The notes under the pieces: generated by a model
What the model was told of the DNA's origin: nothing
The model's database searches: none
What the model saw: the letters and a program-made list of their open reading frames with translations, nothing else
Shown here: positions 31,001 through 39,788 of the stretch, one piece after another
How the letters are laid out: each line of letters begins with the position of its first letter
How positions within the stretch are numbered: position 1 is the first letter of the stretch
DNA from: Bacillota bacterium
Lineage (GTDB): Bacteria > Bacillota > Proteinivoracia > UBA4975 > VEMY01
Assembly: GCA_009711825.1 (NCBI GenBank)
Contig: VEMY01000008.1
Location: 15,345 to 79,344 of the forward strand
Direction: 5' to 3'
Length of the DNA stretch: 64,000 bases
Program-made: the position numbers and the translations under genes

Positions 31001-31691
31001 AATGGCCCAAAAACCGCAGCCGCAATTGCCGGTCTTCCAGCTCAACAATCCCCGCAGGCAAGTCATGGAGGCTGCCGCCAAGTATGCCAGTTACCTGGTC
31101 AAAGGAAATCCCGTATTCCTTCATGGCAGCTGGGGACAGCCGCACAAAATAATCCTCCTCCACCTGCCCCTGGAAATCCACGGTCGCCACTCCTGGTATG
31201 CTTTCCAGGCGCGGTCGCACCTGCTGGCTCAACCATTGGGTAAGCTCGGCATTGCTGACATTACCGGTGGCAGAAAGCTCCATCACAGGCAGTAGAGTCG
31301 GGTCAAATTCAAGGACAAATGGCTGTTCCACCCCATCGGGCAAAGTCAACAAGCCCAGGTTCATCTCCACCTCTTCCCGGGCCGCCTTCATATCGGCGCC
31401 CCATTGAAATTGGAGAATCGCCAGAGACACACTCTCCTGGGATATTGAGCTGAGCTTGGTCAGCCCCCCAACCACCGACAGACGATCCTCCACCGGTTCG
31501 GTGACCATATTTAACGTCTCCTGGGGTGAACTGCCGGGAAAGACCGTGATCACCGCCAACACTGGCGGCTGAATATCCGGTAGTAGATCCAAGGGTGTAA
31601 AAAGGAGTGAAACGACGCCAATAACCACACACAGACAAATCAGGGTCAGGGTAGCCACGGGACGTTTGATTGCCAGATAAGGTAGTTTCAT
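28095..31691 (-). CDS. RND superfamily efflux transporter (AcrB/HAE-like) with a large acidic insertion in a periplasmic loop
   Basis: Start set to ATG 31689-31691 (MKLPYLAIKRPVATL, RBS GGGGAGGAAAAT). About 1198 aa, 12 TM in two 6-TM bundles. An approximately 130 aa Asp/Glu-rich insert (NEEDEEAENDDENADDDDPEYW...) is not present in canonical AcrB. Confidence 0.8.
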   Translation of the reverse strand: MKLPYLAIKRPVATLTLICLCVVIGVVSLLFTPLDLLPDIQPPVLAVITVFPGSSPQETLNMVTEPVEDRLSVVGGLTKLSSISQESVSLAILQFQWGADMKAAREEVEMNLGLLTLPDGVEQPFVLEFDPTLLPVMELSATGNVSNAELTQWLSQQVRPRLESIPGVATVDFQGQVEEDYFVRLSPAAMKEYGISFDQVTGILGGSLHDLPAGIVELEDRQLRLRFLGHSHEQHALADMIVGFDVDYSALEQQLQGEFNVDLNRALAEALPAERDLEIPTQTIYLRDVIEELDRDELNEIVNIILNPDFLEDYGLTPEDIDDLIDDQLPNEEDEEAENDDENADDDDPEYWVPVPEDIDWEQLLALPVAEVPDFDRWYTRMQQELTRELDQASRELEAALVEMAMAMIVSSQSGQIPGLDDDFPLTPIRLSSIAEIKKDVHATQTISRLNGTPSIGLSVQKEGSANTVAVARQVRAELDRISEEFSVGGTTFSFYYVYDQAADIEDALRDLVQSLLGGAVLAVLVLILFLKDFRTTLFIGAAIPISLLFTFTLLYFAKLTVNIMTMGAMALAAGLLVDNAIVVSENIYRHLQMGKSAAQAALTGTREVAGAILASTLTTVSVFFPVVFVSGLAGELFQEFALTVSFALAASLLVSFTLIPLMASRFLGKSRQMPRLAPPRIYSQALALVLRRPWATLAAVLVFLIVGGVGFTFMGMDLFPAPPEPSFTIDMRLPPGTSLRITNEYLESVENLIGQRPEVDFYDARAGAPQFLGLAVQSGVSNEARMRVVVAEDHVEDIESLIDELRLEVEALNPEAAVTFNRDSLLETAGLESRLELVIQGEDAEIIDHLTDEAMAVLAELDFLSDIQSNRDEVRPEMHVEVNHPLALQKGISIYQVANTLRMAMEGIPVARVEDGDGLYQLMLSYNRDELSSVEDFHTLPIHSAAGGWLELGEVAQFSEAWGPATLPREDRQMVGQISAHYSGIDLGAATDAALEALDSLVLPPGYSIKSAGAFDMMDDAFSELETILIVSAILVYLVMAAQFESFLNPFIIICSIPLALAGSILALLITGNTLSIPALIGAVVLTGILVNDGIIMVDLINQKRLAGSPLLEAVTEGATSRLRPIMMTTITTVLGLFPLALGLGSGSQLQAPMAITIIGGQLVGTLLLLLVIPLLYSLLSRLSKGTWQKPVLVDED

Positions 31692-31850
31692 TATATTTTC
31701 CTCCCCGCCCGAGTAGATGCTTCCATTATAACAAATGACCGGACAATGTGTGAATACAGGGCCGGTCACAATCGTTTATTAGCCTGCCCACGGATACATG
31801 TCGCACGCAGACGGCAGAATATATAATATACCAGGAAAGGCGGTGCATAC

Positions 31851-32627
31851 ATGCGACAAACCTCAGTTATACTTTTGCTCCTACTATTGACCGGGTGCGC
31901 CCTCTGGCCGTTCTCCGACAACGCAGACGATAATCTGCTTCCGGAGCAGGGCTTTACCCGGATGGAGGCCGAGGAGTTGCCGGAACCGGTCCGGGAGCAG
32001 CTGGAAAATATCCGCACAATGTTCGTTGGTATGGACGTATTCTATGAAGACCGCCGTTATATCCTTGTCAGTTACGGCGAACAGCCCAGTGGTGGCTATA
32101 ACGCGGAGATAACTGATGTCACAGTGGGGGACAGCGCTGTAACAATTACGGTGCATTTCACCGAACCGGAGCCTGGATCCCAGGTGACAGACCAGATAAC
32201 CTGGCCTCGGGACAGCGGCTGGATCAGCGAGCGCATGCTGCCGGTGCAGTTTGCGGCAACCGGCATTGATACCCATGTGCCCCATCTGATTGGCATAGAC
32301 AACTTACCGCCAATTGTCGCCGAGTCTCGGTGGGTCAAACTCTTTGAACCGGCGCCGGTAACCACTATCGGCAATGAATTCACTGTTTCCGGCGTAGCCA
32401 ATGTCTTTGAAGGCAGCTTGCTCTGGCGCCTGCTGACAGTTGACGGGAACGTCCTGGTAGAAGGAATGGACATCGCAGGCATGGGCGATTGGTATCCCTT
32501 TGAGTTTACTGTAGAAGTGCCGGAAACTGAGGTAACGGAACTGGCACTGGAAGTGTTCACTGAGAGCGCCAAGGACGGCAGTGTGGAGAACCTGGTTACA
32601 GTTCCCCTGACCTCAGCCCAAGATTAA
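31851..32627 (+). CDS. lipoprotein with PrcB_C-like and Gmad2 Ig-like domains
   Basis: 258 aa; lipobox LLLTGC; YILVSYGEQPSGGYNAEITDV (PrcB C-terminal-like) and a C-terminal Ig-like module. Confidence 0.5.
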   Translation: MRQTSVILLLLLLTGCALWPFSDNADDNLLPEQGFTRMEAEELPEPVREQLENIRTMFVGMDVFYEDRRYILVSYGEQPSGGYNAEITDVTVGDSAVTITVHFTEPEPGSQVTDQITWPRDSGWISERMLPVQFAATGIDTHVPHLIGIDNLPPIVAESRWVKLFEPAPVTTIGNEFTVSGVANVFEGSLLWRLLTVDGNVLVEGMDIAGMGDWYPFEFTVEVPETEVTELALEVFTESAKDGSVENLVTVPLTSAQD

Positions 32628-32639
32628 GGAGACCGCGCT

Positions 32640-32897
32640 TCAATCAGCGCGGTCTTTTCCTTTACGTTTTAATTTATCCAGCTTGGCCTGAATCTTTTGC
32701 TTCTGGGCCAAAGTCTCGTCAGGCTTTGAGAGTGCCCGCACTATTTGGCCGTCCACAATCTCCGCTTCAATTATATCTCCCTCTCCAGTGCCTTTTGGCA
32801 AATCAGCTACAGGCACCACGTGCTGAACTTGCTCAGCTTCCCGCAGCAGCAGCCGGGCCAGGCCCTGGGTTATGGAGTCTACAGTATATAGTTTCAT
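32640..32897 (-). CDS. DUF3006 family protein
   Basis: 85 aa; MKLYTVDSITQGLARLLLRE...; canonical partner of ComEC-like MBL hydrolases. Confidence 0.6.
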   Translation of the reverse strand: MKLYTVDSITQGLARLLLREAEQVQHVVPVADLPKGTGEGDIIEAEIVDGQIVRALSKPDETLAQKQKIQAKLDKLKRKGKDRAD

Positions 32898-32906
32898 GGC
32901 AACCTC

Positions 32907-34118
32907 CTACTGATTGGGCGCTGTAAAGATTTCCTGTTCACTGGCGCTGTATTCGGTGCTGATGCTAAGACCCTCTCCATCACTGTGCATCACCACTGTG
33001 CCGTGCAAGTCGGTGCGAAACACTTCCACATCTGCCCCCCGCAACATCTCAAGAGTTTCGCGATGGGGATGGCCGTACTGGTTGCCGGTCCCACATGAGA
33101 TAACAACATATCTGGGGCGCACAACCTGAAAGAAATCCGGGCCAGTGGACGTGCTGCTGCCGTGGTGGCCAGCTTTAAGCACGGCGCTGCGCACCGGATA
33201 ACCGGCGCCGAGGATTTCCCGCTCCGAGCCCAGCTCGGCATCTCCGGTGAACATAAAGCTGTCACTGCCAAAGGATAGTCGCACAACAATCGAGGCCTCA
33301 TTCAAATTCGACCGGGACGGCTCAGCGGGGTGCAACACTGTGAGAGACGCGCCTCCACCAAGTCCAACCGGCGCCATTCCCGCCCTTGCCTCAACAAAAT
33401 TTATGTCATTCGCTATGATTGCATCCAGATAGTTCTCATAAGTCTGACTGGTATGGGGCACGCCGGGATCCCATACTTCATCGACAGTCAACTCATCAAA
33501 GACGGTGAGCAAACCACCGATATGATCCTCATGGGGATGGGTGCCAATCACGATATCCAGACGCGACACACCCTGGCGGCGCAGATAATTGACCACATCG
33601 GCCCCCGCTCCCCGGGTGCCACCGTCAATAAGGACATTCGCCTCAGGGGCTTTAATCAGAATCGCATCGCCCTGGCCCACATCGATAAAATGGACGCTCA
33701 GCTCACCGGAAGCCGGTTCCCCTTCGAAAAACTCCCATACAGCGTCGGGTATCCAGGCCTTCCAATCAATGCCGGCCTGCTCTACCATTTCAACACTTAG
33801 CACAGAGCAGGCAAGGGTCACCACCAGCAAAAACACAGCCAGTGACTGCAGTTTACGCCGGGCCAAACCAGCCACCACCCACAGAGCGGCGCCAGCCAAT
33901 AATATAACGTTAACAACTAACAGCGGCATCAACAGACCTGCTTCAAAGGCCCCTTCCGCCCGGGAGGAGGCCAGAAGACCATAGACAAAACCACCGTACA
34001 AAAGCCCCTGTAAGAAAACAATAAAACTCTTCTGGCCCGCTGAACGCCCTTTTAAGGCCGGTAGAAGTAAAAGAACACCAGCGAGGCAGAGGATCCAGAG
34101 CACGCGCGTTGGTTCCAT
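32907..34118 (-). CDS. ComEC/Rec2-related metallo-beta-lactamase fold hydrolase with N-terminal TM segment
   Basis: 403 aa; HFIDVGQGDAILIK, GTHPHEDHIGGL, HHGS MBL motifs; four N-terminal TM helices. Confidence 0.75.
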   Translation of the reverse strand: MEPTRVLWILCLAGVLLLLPALKGRSAGQKSFIVFLQGLLYGGFVYGLLASSRAEGAFEAGLLMPLLVVNVILLAGAALWVVAGLARRKLQSLAVFLLVVTLACSVLSVEMVEQAGIDWKAWIPDAVWEFFEGEPASGELSVHFIDVGQGDAILIKAPEANVLIDGGTRGAGADVVNYLRRQGVSRLDIVIGTHPHEDHIGGLLTVFDELTVDEVWDPGVPHTSQTYENYLDAIIANDINFVEARAGMAPVGLGGGASLTVLHPAEPSRSNLNEASIVVRLSFGSDSFMFTGDAELGSEREILGAGYPVRSAVLKAGHHGSSTSTGPDFFQVVRPRYVVISCGTGNQYGHPHRETLEMLRGADVEVFRTDLHGTVVMHSDGEGLSISTEYSASEQEIFTAPNQ

Positions 34119-34182
34119 AAAAATCCCCTCCTGATGTTATATTACCACAGTCAGAAGCCAAAATAGACCAATTTTATCAAAC

Positions 34183-35472
34183 TTATCTGCTCACTGGCCG
34201 ACTGCGTCGATTCAAGCGACGCACCAAAGGCAGGTAAAACAGGTACCACAAGAGCGCTGCGCCGCCGATGCAAATCCAGGCCAAATTTCGTTCCCACCAG
34301 GGCAGGCCGCCGACCGCAGCAGTAGTCACCAACGGCGAGTCCACCAAAACTTCTCCGTCTAGAGTGTAGACCACCCGCCCCACCATTTGGCCATGGCGCA
34401 GCGGCGCCCGCAGAGCGGGGCCAGCCTCGGTATCCACCAGCAGGTCGGGATTGAGTATTAGCTCTGTTTCTATCAGTTCGAGATTGCTCCGTTCCAACAA
34501 CATTTGCCGGCCTCTGGCCCCCGCCACCTGTACGCTGGGCGCCTGATCACGCCCTTGATTGGCGACCGGGATTTCGCTAACCACAGCACCTGACTCACAA
34601 ACCTGATGCCAGCAGAAATTTTCCAAGCCGTAGGTTAACAGCGCCTGGGAATCATGCCAGCGCCCCTCCCGGCTGCCTTTTAAAACCACAGCTAACACCG
34701 ACATTCCACCATCGGCAGCCGAGGAGACCAGGCAAAACTCCGCCTCGCCGGTGTAGCCCGTCTTAAACCCGGTGGCCTGGGGATAATGCCATTCCGACTC
34801 ATCCTGCACCAGCTGGTTGGTATTGCGCCAACGGGCTGTAACCTGGCGTCCGCCGCTCTGATAAGAAGCGACATACTCCTGGGCCCGGGCCATAATTCGA
34901 AGCAGTTGGTGCTGCAGCGCATCGCGACTAATTACAGCCAAGTCGTAAGCGGTGGTATAATGCTGGGGATGATGGTACCCGTCAGGCACAACAAAATTAC
35001 TGTTTCCCGCCCCGGCCTCCCAAGCGCGCTCATTCATCATCCCGGCAAACACATCAATTGCCTGTTGAATAGTGAGTGTGGCATCATGGGCCGTACGGGC
35101 TATATGAACAGCCACGGTATAAGCAGCGTCATTGCCCGAGCGCAGCATCATTCCCCATAACAGATCCCGGAGGGTAAGCTGGTCGCCGATTTGCAGGTGG
35201 ACTTTGCTGCCGTCAGCCGGCACCCGGTTAATCTCCGCCCCAACCGTCACCACCGCGTCCAAATCGCCATGCTCCACCGCCACAAGCGCAGTGAGAATTT
35301 TCGTTGTGCTGGCCGGATATAGGACCTTGTCGAGATTATGGCCCGCCAGCACCTGACCGCTCTGTTCTTCAATAAGAATATAAGCTTCCGCCTCAATCTC
35401 CGGGAGATCAGTGGCAGAAGCAGGAACGGCAAATATTAGTAACATTAACAACATACTCGCCAGTTTTCTCAT
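34183..35472 (-). CDS. dacA: D-alanyl-D-alanine carboxypeptidase (serine-type, PBP5/6 family)
   Basis: 429 aa; signal peptide; active-site STTK (ASTTKILT), SGN (LRSGNDAA), KTG (FKTGYT) motifs; C-terminal membrane anchor. Confidence 0.85.
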   Translation of the reverse strand: MRKLASMLLMLLIFAVPASATDLPEIEAEAYILIEEQSGQVLAGHNLDKVLYPASTTKILTALVAVEHGDLDAVVTVGAEINRVPADGSKVHLQIGDQLTLRDLLWGMMLRSGNDAAYTVAVHIARTAHDATLTIQQAIDVFAGMMNERAWEAGAGNSNFVVPDGYHHPQHYTTAYDLAVISRDALQHQLLRIMARAQEYVASYQSGGRQVTARWRNTNQLVQDESEWHYPQATGFKTGYTGEAEFCLVSSAADGGMSVLAVVLKGSREGRWHDSQALLTYGLENFCWHQVCESGAVVSEIPVANQGRDQAPSVQVAGARGRQMLLERSNLELIETELILNPDLLVDTEAGPALRAPLRHGQMVGRVVYTLDGEVLVDSPLVTTAAVGGLPWWERNLAWICIGGAALLWYLFYLPLVRRLNRRSRPVSR

Positions 35473-35526
35473 AGCACGGCTCCTGTTCCTCTTTCTCCTG
35501 CCATTTTACACCAATATCACCCTCCC

Positions 35527-35559
35527 TTCAATCACCACCAGGTGCCCACCCGGGGACGG
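35527..35559 (-). repeat. REP-like palindromic element (core GGGGACGGAGGT on plus strand), tandem copy 1
   Basis: GTGCCCACCCGGGGACGGAGGTTCACTGGGCAC; 7-bp arms GTGCCCA/TGGGCAC flank the conserved 12-mer. Confidence 0.85.
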
Positions 35560-35591
35560 AGGTTCACTGGGCACTGCCCACCCGGGGACGG
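35560..35591 (-). repeat. REP-like palindromic element, tandem copy 2
   Basis: TGCCCACCCGGGGACGGAGGTTCACTGGGCAC, a direct tandem duplicate of the previous copy. Confidence 0.85.
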
Positions 35592-35604
35592 AGGTTCACT
35601 GGGC

Positions 35605-35647
35605 ACTTTCACTAATCTTGAACAAAGAAAAACCGGGCGAGCAAGAT
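35605..35647 (-). terminator. terminator after lgt
   Basis: GGACCGGGTTGAGTATCTTGCTCGCCCGGTTTTTCTTTGTT on the minus strand. Confidence 0.6.
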
Positions 35648-35649
35648 AC

Positions 35650-36402
35650 TCAACCCGGTCCTTGATATTCGTTTTCTCCCGCAGGGGACAATCGCAGCAA
35701 CACAACAGCCAAAGCTATCATAGCCAGGGCCATAACCTGCGACGGAGAGAAAACCCCTATCCCCGCACCCCGCACATCACCGCGGAAAAATTCCATCAGA
35801 AAACGGAACAGCCCGTAAGCGAACAGATACCTGGCCGCATTGGCACCGGGACGCCTGAGCAACCAGCCAACCAACAAAAATAGAAAGCCTGCTTCGAACA
35901 ATTGAGTGGGCAAGACTGGCCCCCCGTGGTGCAGAAACGGAGGCGAACCCGCCGGAAACAAAACCCCACCCCAAGCGACTGGACTTCCATAACAGCAGCC
36001 GGCCAGAAAGCAGCCGATGCGGCCAAACCCATGTGCAATCACCAGACAGGGGGCAATTAGTTCGATATCTTCTAGTAAATACTGGCGGGACAGAAGAAGC
36101 AAGTATAAGAAACAGAAGCTAAGCCCGCCAGCCAACAAACCGCCATAGAAAGTCAGGCCACCGAAGGACAGGGGTCTTGCGTGCACTAAGCTGTCAAACA
36201 CCGCGGCGCCAGCAAACCCGAAGATGATTGCCGCGCCCATGACGAAGGTCAGGCGATCATGATGGCCGGGAGGTCGAAAACTCTTTGCCGTCAACCTTGT
36301 CCAAAGCAAAAAGGCGCAGACCATCCCTAACCCGATAAGCAGGTTATACATCGGCACGACTAAAAAGAAATGGCCGAGATTCAGGTTAAGTTCTGGCAGC
36401 AT
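35650..36402 (-). CDS. lgt: prolipoprotein diacylglyceryl transferase
   Basis: 250 aa; hallmark GRIGCFLAGCCYG motif and Lgt TM topology. Confidence 0.88.
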   Translation of the reverse strand: MLPELNLNLGHFFLVVPMYNLLIGLGMVCAFLLWTRLTAKSFRPPGHHDRLTFVMGAAIIFGFAGAAVFDSLVHARPLSFGGLTFYGGLLAGGLSFCFLYLLLLSRQYLLEDIELIAPCLVIAHGFGRIGCFLAGCCYGSPVAWGGVLFPAGSPPFLHHGGPVLPTQLFEAGFLFLLVGWLLRRPGANAARYLFAYGLFRFLMEFFRGDVRGAGIGVFSPSQVMALAMIALAVVLLRLSPAGENEYQGPG

Positions 36403-36414
36403 CCTCAGACCTCC

Positions 36415-36783
36415 TTAAGCAGCAACCTCTTCTTTCTTCTGCACCAGGGCAAAGATACCGCCAATCAGGAAGAGTATCGCGACCACCAGCGCAATTAAGT
36501 TTCCGATAATCATCGTAATTCCGCACATCAACGCCGCTACAATCATCATGACACCAGAAAGCATCGGCTTTCCTTTGGCCATTAGGCCAAACACAAACCC
36601 CAGCAAAGCGCCAATCAGGCCCATCCAGAGATAGAAGTCTCCGACGCCAGTGCCGGCTTCATCTGCCACTGCCGACAAGCCCTCTGCGCAAGCACCGGCA
36701 CAGACAGCGCCGGGCAGCCCCAAAACACCACCGATGATTCCCATAATCATCGGCACATTGGAAGTACCACGTTTTTTAGCCAT
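36415..36783 (-). CDS. DUF4064-like small membrane protein
   Basis: Start set to ATG 36781-36783 (MAKKRGTSNVPMIMGIIGG, RBS AGAGGAGG); 3-4 TM helices. Confidence 0.5.
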   Translation of the reverse strand: MAKKRGTSNVPMIMGIIGGVLGLPGAVCAGACAEGLSAVADEAGTGVGDFYLWMGLIGALLGFVFGLMAKGKPMLSGVMMIVAALMCGITMIIGNLIALVVAILFLIGGIFALVQKKEEVAA

Positions 36784-36861
36784 AAACAAACCTCCTCTAA
36801 AATTTCCCCTGCGCAGACAGTATAGCAAGCGGCAGTGACAAACCCTGTCACCGGCATCAAA

Positions 36862-36894
36862 GTGCCCACCTGGGGACGGAGGTTTACTGGGCAC
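36862..36894 (-). repeat. REP-like palindromic element
   Basis: GTGCCCACCTGGGGACGGAGGTTTACTGGGCAC. Confidence 0.85.
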
Positions 36895-36954
36895 TTACTG
36901 TTCATACAAGGTCCGAGTCAATCGCCGCGAACTCCACCACCATCCAGACATAAT

Positions 36955-38274
36955 ATGTACCAGGTGTTGGAGGTGTGTACTGTGGCCAACTTTATGATTG
37001 ACCCAAACCTTGACGGTAATCTGGTTGTTTACGCGCAACAAACGCAACTACCTGAAATAGTCTACTTTCAATTTGGCCAATTTCATAAACCTCTCAGAGT
37101 CATCAGCAGCCCGCTTCTAAATCAGGGCGAGATAATTATTCCGAGACGTATCACTCCAGATATTAGCCTGCCGAATCTAGAATACGAAACTAGGTTAGCA
37201 GGGAAAAACTTGTTCCTGGGTCCGGTGATCGGGATAATGGTTGCCGCAAAGCATTATCGGCAGCCAGAATTAATTGCCTCGAGGCTTATCTATTACAGTC
37301 AAGACAAGGGCCTTATCTATCTGTTCGGTGAAGAACAGATAGATAAAACACGACAACTGATTGTCGGCAAGTTTTACAACCCTAGGACCTCGGAATTTGA
37401 AGAGGGACTCTTGCCATATCCAAATATAATCTACCTGCGAACCAACCCACAACCCAAAATCTATAGGCATTTAGTAGAGCATCTGGGCTCTGCAAACATC
37501 TATAACTATCCATTTCGAAGCAATAAATGGACTTTCTGGTCTTATGCCAGCACTGATTCCCTTGTATCTAAACATCTGCCAGAGACCAGAAAATTTACCG
37601 TGCCAACAGTCCGTAAAATGCTTGCCAAATATGATTCAGTTTACCTAAAACCAATACTACTGTCCCGGGGCAGGGGTATCTACCGTTTAAGCAAGGTTCG
37701 GTCAGGATTCAAGCTAGAGAACAGCCATGGCACCGTTTGGCGTGTCAAAAGCCGGGTTGAACTTAATCGCTTACTGCGTGGCAAAATCAAACGGAAGTAT
37801 ATCGCACAAGCGGAAGCACCCTTTGCATTCAACGGGCAGAAAGTGGACTTTCGCATCTACCTGCATAAAAATCGCGATCAAATCTGGCAACGTAAATATA
37901 TCGACACAAGAATCGCCAGGCAAAAAAGTATCATTACCAACCGGCGCAACCGACAGTACGCGCTGCCCGGGGATTTAGGCCTTCGGCAGATATATGGCCT
38001 GGATGAGCAGACGATTGGCGACAAATTTACCGAGATAACTGACTTAAGCATTCGGGCAGTGAAAACGCTGGAGGCGGCCGGACACAGCTTAGGTGATATT
38101 GCGGTAGACTTTATCCTCGATAAAGACCTGCACCCCTGGCTCTTGGAGGCGCAACCGGACTACCTTGCCGATAAATTCACCCCGGATAGGGTGTATATGC
38201 GCCGAATTGTCCAACCCGGCGCTCTCGACTATGCCCGGGGGTTATGGGAGCAAATGACACGCTCTGGCGTCTAG
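36955..38274 (+). CDS. YheC/YheD family ATP-grasp protein (endospore-coat-associated family)
   Basis: Start tentatively ATG 36955; the ORF-track start at 36835 lies inside the repeat. GPVIGIMVAAKHYRQPE..., LKPILLSRGRGIYRL, VDFRIYLHKNRD are characteristic of YheC/YheD TTL-like ATP-grasp proteins. Confidence 0.65.
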   Translation: MYQVLEVCTVANFMIDPNLDGNLVVYAQQTQLPEIVYFQFGQFHKPLRVISSPLLNQGEIIIPRRITPDISLPNLEYETRLAGKNLFLGPVIGIMVAAKHYRQPELIASRLIYYSQDKGLIYLFGEEQIDKTRQLIVGKFYNPRTSEFEEGLLPYPNIIYLRTNPQPKIYRHLVEHLGSANIYNYPFRSNKWTFWSYASTDSLVSKHLPETRKFTVPTVRKMLAKYDSVYLKPILLSRGRGIYRLSKVRSGFKLENSHGTVWRVKSRVELNRLLRGKIKRKYIAQAEAPFAFNGQKVDFRIYLHKNRDQIWQRKYIDTRIARQKSIITNRRNRQYALPGDLGLRQIYGLDEQTIGDKFTEITDLSIRAVKTLEAAGHSLGDIAVDFILDKDLHPWLLEAQPDYLADKFTPDRVYMRRIVQPGALDYARGLWEQMTRSGV

Positions 38275-38333
38275 GGGACAACTTCAAAGGAGAAGAAAAA
38301 CCGGCGCCCGCTTAGGTGGCGCCGGTTTCGCGT

Positions 38334-38366
38334 TGTGTCGAGTTTGCCCATTTAACCTCCGTCCCC
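38334..38366 (+). repeat. REP-like palindromic element, followed by a degenerate half copy (38369-38382)
   Basis: TTGCCCATTTAACCTCCGTCCCCAGATGGGCAG then AACCTTCGTCCCCG. Confidence 0.8.
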
Positions 38367-38393
38367 AGATGGGCAGGGGAACCTTCGTCCCCG

Positions 38394-39788
38394 TTAGTGC
38401 AGTTTGCCGGGGTTGAGGATGTTTTTGGGGTCAAAGGCCTGCTTGATACCGCGCATCAGCTGCATACTGGTCTCTCCGACGGATTGGCGCAGGAACATGG
38501 TCTTGGCATGGCCGATACCGTGCTCGCCTGAGACCTGCCCTTCCAACTCAATTGCCTTGTCGTAGAGCTTTTGCATGATTACCTGGATCTTTGGCTGCCA
38601 TTCCCGGTCGGGAATATCGTCTTTGAGGGCGTAGACATGGAGGTTGCCGTCGCCAGCGTGGCCAAAGCTACGGATGCGCACGCCGTATTCCGCCTCAAGT
38701 TGGTGGGCGAATTTAACAAACTCGGCGACCCTGTCCTTGGGCACAACCACATCGCACTCGTCCAGGCTGGCGGTGGAGCTTTTGATTGCCTCGAGAAAGG
38801 CGCCCCGGGCCTCCCAGATTGCTTCTTGCCGTTCGGCGGTGTTGGCGATGAACACATCAATCGCCCCGTGCTCCAGGAGCAACTTGGCCACATCATCGTA
38901 GATTTTCTCAATCTCTTCAGTGCTGTCGCCGTCAAAACTGAGCAGCAGATACGCATCGCTGGTCTTGTCGGGGAAGATTTTGCCCAGGTATTCCTCGGCT
39001 GCTTCAATGACCTCCCGCTGCATGAATTCTACAGCCGTGGGAATTACCTTGGAACGGAGAATCAGGGGCACGGTGTCAATGGCCTGCTCAAGACTTTCAA
39101 AGGGCGCCAACAGGCTGACGGTTTTTGCCGGCAGGGGCAGCAGACGCAGGGTGATCTCGGTGACCACCGCCAGCGTGCCTTCGCTCCCGACCAGCAAATC
39201 CTTGAGACTGTAGCCGGAACTGTTTTTGATCACTTTGCCGCCGGTCTCAATTACCTCGCCGTTGGGCAAGACAGCCTTGAGGCCCCGGACATAGTCGCGG
39301 GTGACGCCATATTTCACCGCCCGCATGCCGCCGGCGTTGGTCATCACATTGCCGCCGATGGTGGCGCTCTTCTCGCCTGGGTCCGGCGGATAGAGCAAGC
39401 CCTGCTCGCTTACGGCCTTGGCCAGTTCCATCAACAACACCCCCGGCTCCACCACCGCCATCAGATTGTCCTGGTCGATTTCGAGAATCCGGTTCATCGC
39501 AGTAAACGAGAGGAGGATGCCGCCGATAATCGCCACGGCGCCCCCACAGAGACCGGTTCCCGAACCCCGGGGGGTGACGGGAATGTTTTGCTCATGCGCA
39601 TAGCGCATGATTCGCGCCACTTCTTCGGTGGTCTGGACTTCCACCACCGCCTCGGGCATGAATTTTCCATACTCGGTCATTTCATCATGGCTGTAATCTT
39701 CATTAATCTCCGCTCCGCTGTAAACCCTGCCTGGAGCAACTTGCTCCAAAAACGCCAAGTCCTGCTGGTCCAGTTTTTTATAGGTCAT
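38394..39788 (-). CDS. FAD-binding lactate dehydrogenase / glycolate oxidase GlcD-like subunit (LctD-like)
   Basis: Start ATG 39786-39788 (RBS GGGAGGTGG); FAD-binding PCMH domain (RGSGTGLCGGA), C-terminal FAD-oxidase domain; about 464 aa. Confidence 0.8.
   Translation of the reverse strand: MTYKKLDQQDLAFLEQVAPGRVYSGAEINEDYSHDEMTEYGKFMPEAVVEVQTTEEVARIMRYAHEQNIPVTPRGSGTGLCGGAVAIIGGILLSFTAMNRILEIDQDNLMAVVEPGVLLMELAKAVSEQGLLYPPDPGEKSATIGGNVMTNAGGMRAVKYGVTRDYVRGLKAVLPNGEVIETGGKVIKNSSGYSLKDLLVGSEGTLAVVTEITLRLLPLPAKTVSLLAPFESLEQAIDTVPLILRSKVIPTAVEFMQREVIEAAEEYLGKIFPDKTSDAYLLLSFDGDSTEEIEKIYDDVAKLLLEHGAIDVFIANTAERQEAIWEARGAFLEAIKSSTASLDECDVVVPKDRVAEFVKFAHQLEAEYGVRIRSFGHAGDGNLHVYALKDDIPDREWQPKIQVIMQKLYDKAIELEGQVSGEHGIGHAKTMFLRQSVGETSMQLMRGIKQAFDPKNILNPGKLH

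Noticed and set aside
36835-36954. ORF-track start of the YheC/D gene at 36835
   Set aside because: The first 40 codons lie inside the REP element and the intergenic hairpin. The ATG at 36955 gives a protein beginning before the conserved ATP-grasp region, although its RBS is weak and the start remains uncertain.
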